UHGV virus genome: UHGV-1358930
Length of the DNA stretch: 64,000 bases
Origin: a virus
Reading direction: 5' to 3' (one strand)
Shown here: positions 49,303-59,207 of the stretch, piece after piece
Layout of the letters: every line of letters begins with the position of its first letter
Numbering within the stretch: the first letter of the stretch is position 1
Notes under the pieces: model-generated
Told to the model about the DNA's origin: nothing
Databases searched by the model: none
What the model saw: only the letters and a program-made list of their open reading frames with translations
Made by a program: the position numbers and the translations under genes

Positions 49303-49879
49303 TTGTATATATACACCATATTGTACATACAAACAATGCGACTTAGCTTGTCCTAATAGAGCTGAAGTGAATTGTTGGTTCAAACGATGCCGACTTGATA
49401 TGTCAAATAATTGCTTGCATACTAATATCCGAAATATTGAGAAAGCCGAGGATCTACTAAGTAACAAGTATGGAGAAACTGTGTGGTTTCCCACAGATAA
49501 TCCTTCAGATGCAAGCGACACTATTTGCTACGTAGCTATTTGCAAATATGGTAAAGGTACTGCTCTTGGAAACGGAATATACAATCTGGATTTTGCAAAA
49601 TTTATAGATATGATCAAGGAGTCCTGGAATACGCATTTTGAAACAGATAACTTAATTCAGATGCGTGTGTGGTCTTTGTCTGCAAATTACCTAGTTATCT
49701 CAAATCTAGATTATGTTAGATTTCAAGATTTTGAAAGTCAAACGTTGCTAAGGCTTCTGAATGATCGAAGAGATTATACAAAGACAACTGTAGTAGTTAC
49801 TAGTAAAGAACCTTTGGTCGGCAGCGGAAATTTCTTTCCTAGATTGACTTCTTTGCTAAAGGGGGTCAAGAGCAATTGA
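49295..49879 (+). CDS. hypothetical protein, Cys-rich N-terminus (possible helicase-associated factor)
   Basis: 194 aa immediately upstream of the helicase gene; function not inferable from sequence alone. Confidence 0.45.
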   Translation: MHDCIYTPYCTYKQCDLACPNRAEVNCWFKRCRLDMSNNCLHTNIRNIEKAEDLLSNKYGETVWFPTDNPSDASDTICYVAICKYGKGTALGNGIYNLDFAKFIDMIKESWNTHFETDNLIQMRVWSLSANYLVISNLDYVRFQDFESQTLLRLLNDRRDYTKTTVVVTSKEPLVGSGNFFPRLTSLLKGVKSN

Positions 49880-52299
49880 CGAATTCAGTAGAACTTCAAG
49901 TTATTTGTAAAATTTTAACAAGTCAAGATGATTCTGAAATTGATAGGCTGTGTGCGTTTGATGAATCCTATTACGCAGTATTCAAAGATCAGATCAAATT
50001 TATTCTAGATCATAGAGAAAAATATCATACTGTCCCAGACTTGTTTACGTTCCAAGCTCAATTCGAAGACATTGTTTTGATTGATGTAAACGAATCTGCA
50101 GATTTTTTAGTAGACGGACTTCGGAAAAACAAGCAGCAGATCATACTCTTACAAACATTCAATAAGCTATCTGAGTTAGGTTCTGCAGACGTTTCTGAAG
50201 CTTGGCAGTTCTTACAATCCCAATGCGACAAAGCTGCTCAACTTGATAATTCTAACCCGATGGATATCATCAAAGAAGCTCACAAGCGAAGTGATCAAGT
50301 TTTATCGCTAAGTAATCAAACAAGAATTCCTACAGGATTCAAAGAAGTAGATGAAACAATGTATGGAGGATTGTCAACTGTTGAAGAACTTTGTCTTGTA
50401 GTTGCTAGAACTAACACAGGTAAAGCTCAGCCTCTTTGGAGTAATATCTTAACACCTACTGGGTGGAAGCGTATGCGAGATATTCAAGTAGGAGACATTG
50501 TATGCGGTAGAGATAATGACAATGGTAAAGTAGTTCAAATATTTCCGCAAGGTACAATTGACTACTATCGTGTAAAGTTTGATGATGGTACTTATACGGA
50601 GTGTTCTGCAGATCATCTTTGGGAAGTTCTGGATAGTGAACGAAGGAAGCATGATAGAAAAACTTATGGTCAGTATCTTACATTGACTACTCGAGATATT
50701 CGGAATCATATGTATCGCAGATACTCTGTTGATATGTGTGAACAAATTGAATTCGAGAGTGCTTTTGATACAGATAGTGAACTTGACGGATATTTTTTAG
50801 GAGCATTTATCGGGCATGGTAGAAATGTAGGTAACAAGCTATATATTCATTCTCTGTCCGATGTTTCAAAGCGACGTATAATTGATGCATTGTCTAAATA
50901 TCGTTGTCAATTCACAGAAAATGATCCAAATACACTCGTGATTGAGGATAAGAATGATGGTAAGCTTATCCAAAAGATGTTCGAGTACAACTTGATGAAC
51001 TGCAAAGTCATTGATAGACATATTCCGGATATATATTTTCATAGCCCTGTAAATGTTAGAAAAGCTCTGTTATCAGGTCTCTGCGATACAGATAGCACAA
51101 TGTTATCAAAAAATCATAGAGGTTGGGTTTTCGTTACATCTTCAGATCAGCTTAAATCTGATTTTGTTTACATTGCTAGATCTTTAGGTGTAAAAGCAAA
51201 GGTGTCGACTGCAAGATCTGGTAGATGGGTTGACTTAGGTGTATCGCACGTTGCGAATACGTACCACAGGGTTATGTGTATCTCAAAATTCAATCCGTTT
51301 TATGGTTCACCAAATTACACAGAATTTGAACGCAGACAGGATAAAACTAAATTTAAAAATCGCAAGCGTGTTTGCAAATTCATTGATTCTATTGAATACG
51401 TAGGTAAGACGGAATGCCAGTGTATCATGGTAGACAATAAGACGCATACATATATTACAGATGATTTTATTGTCACACATAACACCTGGGTTACTACTAA
51501 GATGATGGAGTCTGCACAAGCGAATGGATTTCCTGTACTATATTATAGCCCAGAGATGCAATCTGCTTTCATTGGCACACGATTTGATACCTGGAGAGGT
51601 CACTTCCGAAATAGCGATATTCAACGAGGTAAATACAGCGAAGACTACATTCAGTACATCAAAGACATTGTTAAAGAGGAAACTGGTGCATTTGTTGCAG
51701 AAGACAAAGATATGCCAGGAGGAAAAACAACTGTCAGGTCGATTGAAACTCTAGTCAAGCGACATCATATAAAGCTTGTTATCATTGATGGTCTGTCTTA
51801 TATGGCAGATACAGAAAAGTCTGATAGCGATGTTATTAAGTATAAAAATATATGTACTGGACTATTCCGAATGTCTAAAACATATGGATGTGCTGTAGTA
51901 GTATCTGTACAAGCTAATAGAGACACTAAATCTAATGTCGATGACAAAGGAGTCCCGTGGCCTGATATGTATTCGATTGAAGGCTCAGACCATCCAGGAC
52001 GTATTGCAACTCAAGTATTTGCGCTTCGACAATTGTACGAAGAGCATACATTAGAGATAAAGCTGTTGAAGACTAGAAATGCAAAGAATGCAAATCCTAC
52101 GTTCGCATATGTATGGGATCCAAATACAGGAAACACAGAGTTTGTTTCGGATGATGCATCGGCTGCTCCTCCTTCTGCTCCTGCACAGCCTAGCAAGTTC
52201 TCAACGCCGACAGTGTCAGCAAAGATTGTACACACCGATATAGATGATAATCTAATCGATGCCAGTACAGATGACGATCTAGATGACGTTGAGTTTTGA
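49876..52299 (+). CDS. DnaB-like replicative helicase (T4 gp41-like), interrupted by an intein in the P-loop
   Basis: Exteins join as ..LVVARTNTGK|TWVTTKMMESAQANG (Walker A GxxxxGKT). C-terminal RecA-like motifs: Walker B LVIIDGLSYM, SVQANRD. Confidence 0.8.
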   Translation: MTNSVELQVICKILTSQDDSEIDRLCAFDESYYAVFKDQIKFILDHREKYHTVPDLFTFQAQFEDIVLIDVNESADFLVDGLRKNKQQIILLQTFNKLSELGSADVSEAWQFLQSQCDKAAQLDNSNPMDIIKEAHKRSDQVLSLSNQTRIPTGFKEVDETMYGGLSTVEELCLVVARTNTGKAQPLWSNILTPTGWKRMRDIQVGDIVCGRDNDNGKVVQIFPQGTIDYYRVKFDDGTYTECSADHLWEVLDSERRKHDRKTYGQYLTLTTRDIRNHMYRRYSVDMCEQIEFESAFDTDSELDGYFLGAFIGHGRNVGNKLYIHSLSDVSKRRIIDALSKYRCQFTENDPNTLVIEDKNDGKLIQKMFEYNLMNCKVIDRHIPDIYFHSPVNVRKALLSGLCDTDSTMLSKNHRGWVFVTSSDQLKSDFVYIARSLGVKAKVSTARSGRWVDLGVSHVANTYHRVMCISKFNPFYGSPNYTEFERRQDKTKFKNRKRVCKFIDSIEYVGKTECQCIMVDNKTHTYITDDFIVTHNTWVTTKMMESAQANGFPVLYYSPEMQSAFIGTRFDTWRGHFRNSDIQRGKYSEDYIQYIKDIVKEETGAFVAEDKDMPGGKTTVRSIETLVKRHHIKLVIIDGLSYMADTEKSDSDVIKYKNICTGLFRMSKTYGCAVVVSVQANRDTKSNVDDKGVPWPDMYSIEGSDHPGRIATQVFALRQLYEEHTLEIKLLKTRNAKNANPTFAYVWDPNTGNTEFVSDDASAAPPSAPAQPSKFSTPTVSAKIVHTDIDDNLIDASTDDDLDDVEF
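50425..51483 (+). mobile_element. intein (353 aa) with LAGLIDADG homing endonuclease; class-3-like (Ala1, WCT motif)
   Basis: Starts AQPLWSNILTPTGW; ends FIVTHN|T. Block B ..ADHLW, block F ECQCIMV, block G Thr-His-Asn. LAGLIDADG motifs LDGYFLGAFIGHG and LLSGLCDTDS. Confidence 0.65.
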
Positions 52300-52305
52300 T
52301 ATACT

Positions 52306-52337
52306 CCCGCCGAATCAATATTCGGCGGGTTTGCTTT
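52306..52337 (+). terminator. rho-independent terminator
   Basis: cccgccgaat..attcggcggg stem followed by TTTGCTTT. Confidence 0.75.
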
Positions 52338-52514
52338 GGTGCGATCGTTAGATAAACTAAGAAGGGAGTTAACATCACACCAGATTTGAAAATAAACATT
52401 AAATACCTTTATTTTCTTAATCTGTTCCTCTTTCAACGACCTTGCTTGACAAGTCAAGTCTTACTAGATCTCCAGAGGCGTTAATTTCCGCTTGTGCAGC
52501 GGTATTTGTTATTT

Positions 52515-53651
52515 TTAGGAGAAAGCTATTCTCAAGCCCTCGTTCAATATATTCTTTGATGCATTGATATCTCTATCATGTGTTGTTTGACAATTAGGAC
52601 AAGTCCAATTTCTAACTTCAAGATTTTTGACTTCTGGATTTTTGAATCCGCAACAGCTACAAGTTTGAGAAGACGGAAAGAAGGCGTCTATTTTGACAAG
52701 TTGTTTTCCATACCAGCTGCACTTGTAAGTCAATAGTTCAACGAATTTTGACCAGCTTGCGTCTGAAATTGCTCTTGCTAGTTTATGATTCTTGACCATA
52801 TTTTTGACTTTCAAGTCTTCAACACAGATTATGTCGTGGTTTTTGACAAATTCTGTTGACAGCTTGTGCAAGAAATCATTTCGTTGATTTGAAACTTTCT
52901 CAAATTGTTTAGCAAGTCTGATTCTTGATTTGTTTCTGTTATTAGATCCTTTTTGCTTCTTCGAGAGCTGTCTTTGAAGTCTTCTTAACTTCTTAGTAGA
53001 CTTTGAAAGGTATTTCGGATTTTTGATCTTTTCACCGTCTGAAGTTATTGCGAAATCTTTGATGCCGAGGTCAATTCCTACAACAGATCCAGTTTTGTCA
53101 AACTCTTCAATTTCAACATCTTTGCAACAGATACTTGCAAAATATTTTCCTGAAGCTGTTTTTGAGATGGTTGCCGAAAGCGGAGTTCCTTTGACATTTA
53201 AATTTCCTTTGAATTTAACCCATTTCAATTTAGGCAAGAAGATCTTGTTATCTAAACAATGAAATTGTGCAGGTGTGGAGTATGTAGCCTTATATGACTG
53301 TCTACTTGAAAGTTTCTTCTTAAATTTAGGATAACCTGGTTGCTTTCCATTCTTTACGTTTCTAAAGAAGTTTTGATACGCAGTATCAAGATCTCTAAGA
53401 GACGATTGCAAAGCCATTGCTTCAGGTTCTTTCAACCATGAATATTCGTCAAGCTTCTTGAGCTTTGTTAAATCTGCAGAATTTTGATTATATGTATTTG
53501 ACTTTCTTGCCTCTTCATAATCTTTGATGGATTTAGCAAGATAGTAGTTGTAGACAAATCTGCAGCAGCCAAAGGTTTTTGCAATTTGCTCAATCTGCTG
53601 CTTGTTCGGATATATCCGTATTTTATAAGCTTTCAGAATCATTTTGGTCAT
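52515..53651 (-). CDS. tnpB: TnpB (IS607/IS605-family OrfB, RuvC-like nuclease with C-terminal zinc finger)
   Basis: N-terminus [23 protein letters not shown]; zinc finger [24 protein letters not shown]. Confidence 0.85.
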   Translation of the reverse strand: MTKMILKAYKIRIYPNKQQIEQIAKTFGCCRFVYNYYLAKSIKDYEEARKSNTYNQNSADLTKLKKLDEYSWLKEPEAMALQSSLRDLDTAYQNFFRNVKNGKQPGYPKFKKKLSSRQSYKATYSTPAQFHCLDNKIFLPKLKWVKFKGNLNVKGTPLSATISKTASGKYFASICCKDVEIEEFDKTGSVVGIDLGIKDFAITSDGEKIKNPKYLSKSTKKLRRLQRQLSKKQKGSNNRNKSRIRLAKQFEKVSNQRNDFLHKLSTEFVKNHDIICVEDLKVKNMVKNHKLARAISDASWSKFVELLTYKCSWYGKQLVKIDAFFPSSQTCSCCGFKNPEVKNLEVRNWTCPNCQTTHDRDINASKNILNEGLRIAFS

Positions 53652-54243
53652 CTGAAAGTGCCTCCTTGATTTTAGCTACGCTTCTCTTAGAATACATTTT
53701 CATTGAGTAACAGTGCAGTAAACTTACGATTTCTTCAAAAATTTCTTCAGAATCAAGTTTTTCGGATCCTAGTTGGGACGCAACAACTATCTCTGTTCCA
53801 AATTTTCTAAAAAGATGATAAAATAGATCAAATCCTACTCTAGACAGTCTGTCTTTATAATTGATAACTACTTTCTCAACTTTATATTCCAATACATCGT
53901 CTAATAGTTCAAAAAACTGTTTTCTGTTTTCAAAAGAAATTCCGGAAGCAACCTCTTGAAAAACACCATCGACTTGAATTCCGGAATTCATGCAAAAACT
54001 GTTCAAAGATTCAAGTTGGTTCGCTAGATCCGATTTTTGAGATATTGTAGAAACTCTAGCGTAGATATAATTTTTTCTTGTTTGACCGTTATTTAATATA
54101 GAGTAGACGTCTTTATCATGATAGATGCGCTTACCTGTAGGTGTTAAGTCATAATGAATGAGTCCTCTTTTGCAATAATGACCAAGTGTTGGCTGTGAAA
54201 TATTCAATAGTTGTAACACTTGTTTAGCTTTCATATTGATCAC
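53623..54243 (-). CDS. tnpA: IS607-type transposase TnpA (small serine recombinase with N-terminal MerR-like HTH)
   Basis: [26 protein letters not shown]; catalytic serine motif [14 protein letters not shown]; 29-nt overlap with tnpB. Confidence 0.85.
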   Translation of the reverse strand: MINMKAKQVLQLLNISQPTLGHYCKRGLIHYDLTPTGKRIYHDKDVYSILNNGQTRKNYIYARVSTISQKSDLANQLESLNSFCMNSGIQVDGVFQEVASGISFENRKQFFELLDDVLEYKVEKVVINYKDRLSRVGFDLFYHLFRKFGTEIVVASQLGSEKLDSEEIFEEIVSLLHCYSMKMYSKRSVAKIKEALSDDQNDSESL

Positions 54244-54295
54244 CTCAAAATAATTTAAGGTTAAAAAATAATATCATCTTAATATAAAAAAGGAA

Positions 54296-55303
54296 ATGCT
54301 ATATATGAATATTGATACCATAATTGATAAACTTTCATCTCAAGGGTTTATACGCCTAAATAGGCATATAGGCGACTACTATAGCTGCTATTGCCCATTT
54401 CACAGTGATGGAAAAGAGAAAAAGCCGTCCTCTGGTATATTGCTAAGAGACCAGTATCGCAATGGACAGCACTATCCTGCTGGATTCTTTAACTGTTTCA
54501 CTTGTCACCATGCATATCAACTGGAAGAGTTCATCACAGAGCTATTGAAAGTTAATTCTATCCACATGTCTGGTAGAGATTGGCTCATCAAGAATGATCC
54601 AGATTATGATCCAGATACAGAATTTGAATATCTCTTACCTAGAGATATGATGCAGTCTGTCGTGAATTCTTTTGCATTAAAGCAGATATCTAGTAAGTCG
54701 GGAGTTCAAAAACCTTCATTCATATCTGAGTCAGAACTTTCTAAGTATAGATACACAGTACAGTATATGTATGACCGAAAACTTACAGACACTGTGATCG
54801 ACTTATTTGACGTAGGGTTTGATGCTAATTTCGTTCCAGCAGGAAGAAAGAAATCAGTTCCATGCGTCACATTCCCGGTAAGAGATGTCCACGGAAATAC
54901 GCTGTTCATCTGCAGACGATCGATTGAAGGAAAATCATTCTATCTACCGTCAAACATAGAAAAATCTGTATATGGGCTGTATGAATTACCTCAAGGATGT
55001 AAATCTGTTATCATCGCGGAAAGCTGCTTCAATGTTCTAACTTCTTACGTTTACGGTGTACCTGCTGTAGGTCTACTAGGTACTGGTACTCCTCATCAGA
55101 TTTCTCAGCTTAGAAGTTTAGGTGTAAATGAGTTTGTATTAGGATTAGATCCAGATGAAGCAGGAGATAGAGCTTGCAAGCGATTGAAACGAGCACTCGG
55201 CGATATTGCTATTATCCGACGCATGAATGGAATACCTGAAGGAAAAGATATAAATGACCTCACCAAGTCTGAATTTTTAGACATATACAGAAGTAGAATG
55301 TGA
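54296..55303 (+). CDS. DnaG-like DNA primase (zinc-binding + TOPRIM)
   Basis: Zinc finger CYCPFH..CFTCHH; TOPRIM VIIAESCFN ... LGLDPDEAG. Confidence 0.8.
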   Translation: MLYMNIDTIIDKLSSQGFIRLNRHIGDYYSCYCPFHSDGKEKKPSSGILLRDQYRNGQHYPAGFFNCFTCHHAYQLEEFITELLKVNSIHMSGRDWLIKNDPDYDPDTEFEYLLPRDMMQSVVNSFALKQISSKSGVQKPSFISESELSKYRYTVQYMYDRKLTDTVIDLFDVGFDANFVPAGRKKSVPCVTFPVRDVHGNTLFICRRSIEGKSFYLPSNIEKSVYGLYELPQGCKSVIIAESCFNVLTSYVYGVPAVGLLGTGTPHQISQLRSLGVNEFVLGLDPDEAGDRACKRLKRALGDIAIIRRMNGIPEGKDINDLTKSEFLDIYRSRM

Positions 55304-55344
55304 TAGATCGTTAAAATTAAATGTACTAAATACTTAGGAGTGAT

Positions 55345-55632
55345 ATGTTGATTACACTGAATATTAGAAATTGTAAGATTTTAGACACTGCGACTTTATC
55401 TAAATTGACAGCATATATTGATAAGTTGCAAAATAAACTTGAAGCTGCTGAGATGGTTGAATCGCAGCAGAATATGTTGATCGACGCGTTGATCGAAGAA
55501 AATCAAAGACTTCATACTTTAGTAGATACTGGGCGGGATACCAATGAAACTAAACAAACAGCAAGAAAAGCTAATAGATCTATCGTTTCTGTCCGATATA
55601 AAACAAGCTCAAGTTATGCAGACATGCGATAA
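55345..55632 (+). CDS. hypothetical coiled-coil protein
   Basis: TAGGAGTGA RBS; 95 aa. Confidence 0.4.
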   Translation: MLITLNIRNCKILDTATLSKLTAYIDKLQNKLEAAEMVESQQNMLIDALIEENQRLHTLVDTGRDTNETKQTARKANRSIVSVRYKTSSSYADMR

Positions 55633-55840
55633 GATTATCGAAGATTTGACAAGCAACCACTCTAGCATTAGACAATGTTCTGATAACATAGGAGTGCCTA
55701 AGTCTACAATTCATCTTTATATTCACACTTATATTAGAGAATATTATAACAGCGATTATAAGGAGATCCAGCATCTTTTGCAATTCAACAAGAGATACAG
55801 ATGCAAATGTAGAAGATGCTGGACAGAAAGGTACTGGTGA
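55544..55840 (+). CDS. hypothetical protein with HTH-like segment (overlaps the previous ORF in another frame; true start uncertain)
   Basis: SIRQCSDNIGVPKSTIHLYI resembles an HTH; Cys-rich C-terminus. Confidence 0.3.
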   Translation: MKLNKQQEKLIDLSFLSDIKQAQVMQTCDKIIEDLTSNHSSIRQCSDNIGVPKSTIHLYIHTYIREYYNSDYKEIQHLLQFNKRYRCKCRRCWTERYW

Positions 55841-55844
55841 TATT

Positions 55845-57035
55845 TTGAATTATGCTTGGATGTTGAGGCAAGACGGTACGGCATTCAGCTGCACACATCA
55901 TTTATATTGCATGGATGACGACGATTTATCTTCTGAAGCAGAGTGTGCTGCATTTATTTTAAATAGCAACTCTAAAGATTCTAAATTAGCCGAATTGATT
56001 CTAGACGCTTGGATGGCATTAGGGATTGAAAACTCTGTCAACTACGATGCGGATGAAGAAGACATTGAAAATGCAATCATCAAATTTGCAAACTCCGTTC
56101 CATATCATTTTCAATTTGAGTTAAAGTTAAGCAAGCTGTTACAGATTCACAAATCTGCACATAATTATAGCGATGTGGACAGCTTGTATGAGTTCTGTGA
56201 CTATGTTAGATCTGAGTTATCTACGCTTCAAAGACAGATAAAACATTCTATCAATCAGCAGTTTTGTAGAGTTAGATTTGGAGGGCAGTATGACTCAATC
56301 AATCCTACTAGCACACTTTGGTTTAGAATCTCTAGTGTAGGATTCAATTGGGCTGATACTATATACATTTTCGCTTCAGAATGCAAGAAGTCTTATCATG
56401 TAGCATACATTACCATATGTAGAGATCATGAATCTGACAATGGTATAGATTCAGACGCAGATGAATATTTCTACAAGGCTCGAGATGGAGCTATCTATTA
56501 CAACATGCCGATTGAAGAGTTCCTTGCTGAAGAACATGAACATTCTTTAGTATTTTCTAACAAGCAGATAAATGTCATGAAGGGCTACGTGAAGACCATT
56601 AGAGATTGCTTCAAGTTTGGTAAAACCGAGCAAGAAACTGCAGATATTTTATTGTCGCACGATATTAACTATGATCCGATGATGTGGGATAGATTGAAGA
56701 ATAGAGACAGAGCGCGTTTCTGTATTGCAGCGTCACAATACTTTGATGAGGCAAACAACAGGACAAAGAACCGATTGAACAAGATTATGAATATGATCAT
56801 CAATCGCTACCCTGAAATCAAATCTGTGGATATTGACTACAAATACAGAGACAAGGTGAGAGGTAAAACACCTGGATGCGAATATCTATTCTATTTGACA
56901 TCTAACTTTGATGAAATTGATAGACTAGAAATATCAACTGTATTCAATCGTCTAGAAACAAACCCGGATATTATCTTTAGAAGATTCAAACAGGAATATG
57001 AATCGTATAAAGAATACTCAAACTTGAATATCTAA
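55845..57035 (+). CDS. hypothetical protein
   Basis: 396 aa, TTG start as listed. Confidence 0.5.
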   Translation: MNYAWMLRQDGTAFSCTHHLYCMDDDDLSSEAECAAFILNSNSKDSKLAELILDAWMALGIENSVNYDADEEDIENAIIKFANSVPYHFQFELKLSKLLQIHKSAHNYSDVDSLYEFCDYVRSELSTLQRQIKHSINQQFCRVRFGGQYDSINPTSTLWFRISSVGFNWADTIYIFASECKKSYHVAYITICRDHESDNGIDSDADEYFYKARDGAIYYNMPIEEFLAEEHEHSLVFSNKQINVMKGYVKTIRDCFKFGKTEQETADILLSHDINYDPMMWDRLKNRDRARFCIAASQYFDEANNRTKNRLNKIMNMIINRYPEIKSVDIDYKYRDKVRGKTPGCEYLFYLTSNFDEIDRLEISTVFNRLETNPDIIFRRFKQEYESYKEYSNLNI

Positions 57036-57040
57036 ATCTA

Positions 57041-57104
57041 AATATTAACGAATTATTAACGAACGGAAATAGGTATTGACTTTTTAGCCATTTTATCTTA
57101 TAAT
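57041..57104 (+). promoter_or_regulatory. AATATTAACGA/ATTATTAACGA operator-like repeats plus sigma-A consensus promoter (TTGACT-17-TATAAT)
   Basis: -35 at 57076-57081, 17-nt spacer, -10 at 57099-57104. Confidence 0.65.
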
Positions 57105-57165
57105 AATAGCATAATAAGTCAACCAAATAACACATATCAAAACACATCAATTGGAGGATTTACAA

Positions 57166-57858
57166 ATGGCTAAGAGAATCAGATTCAACGATATTTCCCG
57201 TTTCGACAAAAACAACAGAAGAAGAATTGCTCATGGCTCAGATCCTATTCCGGTTGTTAGACCCTTCCGTGCAGCGTATCTGATGTTCCGTGACTATCTC
57301 GATTATGACAGACCGCTGACTTATAATGAATGGATGAATCGTCTGGAATCAGATAAGGCAGCGGCTTTATATGTTCAGTTCTACGATCAGATTCAGCTTG
57401 CTTGGTACAAAGCAAAAAGCTTCTATGCTGTTGAAGAAGATGGCGTGTCTACAATGATGCAATATCTTATGAAGAATGTTCCTGTCATCAACAAAGACGA
57501 AAAGCGCTTCACACCTCGTTATATATATCGTGTAGCTTACAACTGCTTGTATTGCATCTGTCATGACATCAAAGTTGATAAAGACAGATGGGAGTTAGAG
57601 AGCAGCAATATTACATCTAATTCCGATGAAGAAGAAGTAGATGTGTTCAATTTCATTCCGTCTAATTTTGACATTGAGCGAATGATGAATGAAGAAAAAT
57701 TCTGGAAGGCTATCATGTCTCAAGACGAAGATACAATTACATATGTGGATTGCGTCATCAATCATACAAGATTTCCTGCGGGTATGAAAGCTAGAAGTCC
57801 TAAGATCATCGCAAAGTTAAAGGTAGTTCTTTCAGAACTGGCTGATGAGGAGTTCTAA
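57166..57858 (+). CDS. hypothetical protein (possible transcription factor)
   Basis: GGAGG RBS 8 nt before ATG 57166. Confidence 0.45.
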   Translation: MAKRIRFNDISRFDKNNRRRIAHGSDPIPVVRPFRAAYLMFRDYLDYDRPLTYNEWMNRLESDKAAALYVQFYDQIQLAWYKAKSFYAVEEDGVSTMMQYLMKNVPVINKDEKRFTPRYIYRVAYNCLYCICHDIKVDKDRWELESSNITSNSDEEEVDVFNFIPSNFDIERMMNEEKFWKAIMSQDEDTITYVDCVINHTRFPAGMKARSPKIIAKLKVVLSELADEEF

Positions 57859-58285
57859 AATGAAACGTACTATCACTCAAAGTATACGAGTAGAGCTCAG
57901 CTATCTGATGAAGCTAAACGGAAAGCCTCTATTGAATTCACATGCCTATCGAGTTGAAGCTACGATTTGCAATAATTCTAACATTGGCAGGATGATGGAT
58001 TTCGAGGATATATCAAAACTACTGTTTGAGGCTATCCCAACGAATTCATTTCTCATTTCTACATCAAGCGAAGAAGCTGAGTTAGAAGTAGCTAAAGCGC
58101 TGAAGCAGTTTGGAGTTCCTGTAATTGTATATTCTGAAGAGCTCTGTACAGAGAACTTGTTGATGCTATTCGTCAAATCCATAAATCAAAAACTAGCAGA
58201 ATATTCAGACAGTTTAAGTTCATACGAACTGGTAGAGCTTAAGCTTTGGGAAACCGATAATTATTGTGCTACTTACGTAGCATAA
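57845..58285 (+). CDS. hypothetical protein
   Basis: 146 aa. Confidence 0.45.
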   Translation: MRSSKMKRTITQSIRVELSYLMKLNGKPLLNSHAYRVEATICNNSNIGRMMDFEDISKLLFEAIPTNSFLISTSSEEAELEVAKALKQFGVPVIVYSEELCTENLLMLFVKSINQKLAEYSDSLSSYELVELKLWETDNYCATYVA

Positions 58286-58331
58286 TGAAATTTATAGCAT
58301 ATCTAGATATATCAAATTAGGAGGCAATAAT

Positions 58332-59042
58332 ATGGCATTCAAAACAGTAGACAGCTACAACGAAGCACGATTTGGTGGATTCTTCCTTCTTAGAAACGAT
58401 GGAGATTACGCTGATGTAATCTTCATGTATAGAAGTAGAGAAGATGTACTTGTTGCAGATACACATTACATCAAGTCTGCTGACTATCAGGGATACGTTC
58501 ATTGCTGTGGTAAGGGTTGTCCTGCGTGTCAGAAGGGCATCAGAGTTCAGACAAAACTGTTCATCCCTCTCTACAACATTTCCGAAGGTAAGATTGAATT
58601 CTGGGACAGAACAATGCGATTCGAGCCGCAGCTGATGAACGATGTATTCAAGAATTTTGCTAATCCTTCCGAATATGTATTCAGAGTTACGCGACATGGC
58701 GCAGCTGGATCTATTGATACAACCTATGAGATCCAAGCTATTTCTAGAAACAACGTCATGTCCTACGCGGATATCCTTGCATCTAACAATGTAACTTCTC
58801 CTGAGTATTATTCGGAAGTTTGCAAAGAAGTCGATAGTTTCCATCTTTCTGACATGCTAAATGAACGAGCAGATAATGTATCTACTCCTTCAACTGCTGC
58901 GTATAGCGCAAATCTTCCGGATTATCAGATTAAGCCTAGAGCTGTTGCAACTACGTACACTGATCCAGCTCCCGCAATTGAAATTCCGGACGACAATGAT
59001 TCTAGCTTAGAATCTTTAGACGAAGACGATGTTAATTTTTGA
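58332..59042 (+). CDS. putative single-stranded DNA-binding protein (Cys-cluster plus acidic C-terminal tail ending in Phe)
   Basis: HCCGKGCPAC cluster; C-terminus DDNDSSLESLDEDDVNF resembles SSB protein-interaction tails. Confidence 0.4.
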   Translation: MAFKTVDSYNEARFGGFFLLRNDGDYADVIFMYRSREDVLVADTHYIKSADYQGYVHCCGKGCPACQKGIRVQTKLFIPLYNISEGKIEFWDRTMRFEPQLMNDVFKNFANPSEYVFRVTRHGAAGSIDTTYEIQAISRNNVMSYADILASNNVTSPEYYSEVCKEVDSFHLSDMLNERADNVSTPSTAAYSANLPDYQIKPRAVATTYTDPAPAIEIPDDNDSSLESLDEDDVNF

Positions 59043-59131
59043 TCTAATCTAAGCTATCAGAAGCCGATTCACTTTTCATTATCAACAACAACAAAATATT
59101 TGACCTGTAATCGTTATATATCTTGAGGAGG

Positions 59132-59174
59132 GCTTCACACATTAGATAGACTTAATTGTGTGAAGCTTTTCTTT
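59132..59174 (+). terminator. rho-independent terminator
   Basis: 10-bp stem gcttcacaca/tgtgtgaagc followed by TTTTCTTT. Confidence 0.75.
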
Positions 59175-59207
59175 ATACAAAAATAAACTGATAAGGAGGA
59201 CATTAAG

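Larger units (their letters stand above)
52440..54280 (-). mobile_element. IS607-family insertion sequence (tnpA serine recombinase + tnpB); boundaries approximate
   Basis: Overlapping tnpA-tnpB gene pair on the minus strand between helicase and primase genes; inverted repeat cttgacaagtcaag near the 3' side. Confidence 0.6.

Noticed and set aside
50425-50427. Mis-called intein boundary because the intein starts with Ala
   Set aside because: The extein junction GK|T reconstitutes a perfect Walker A motif and the WCT residues are present, so Ala1 is accepted as a class-3 feature.
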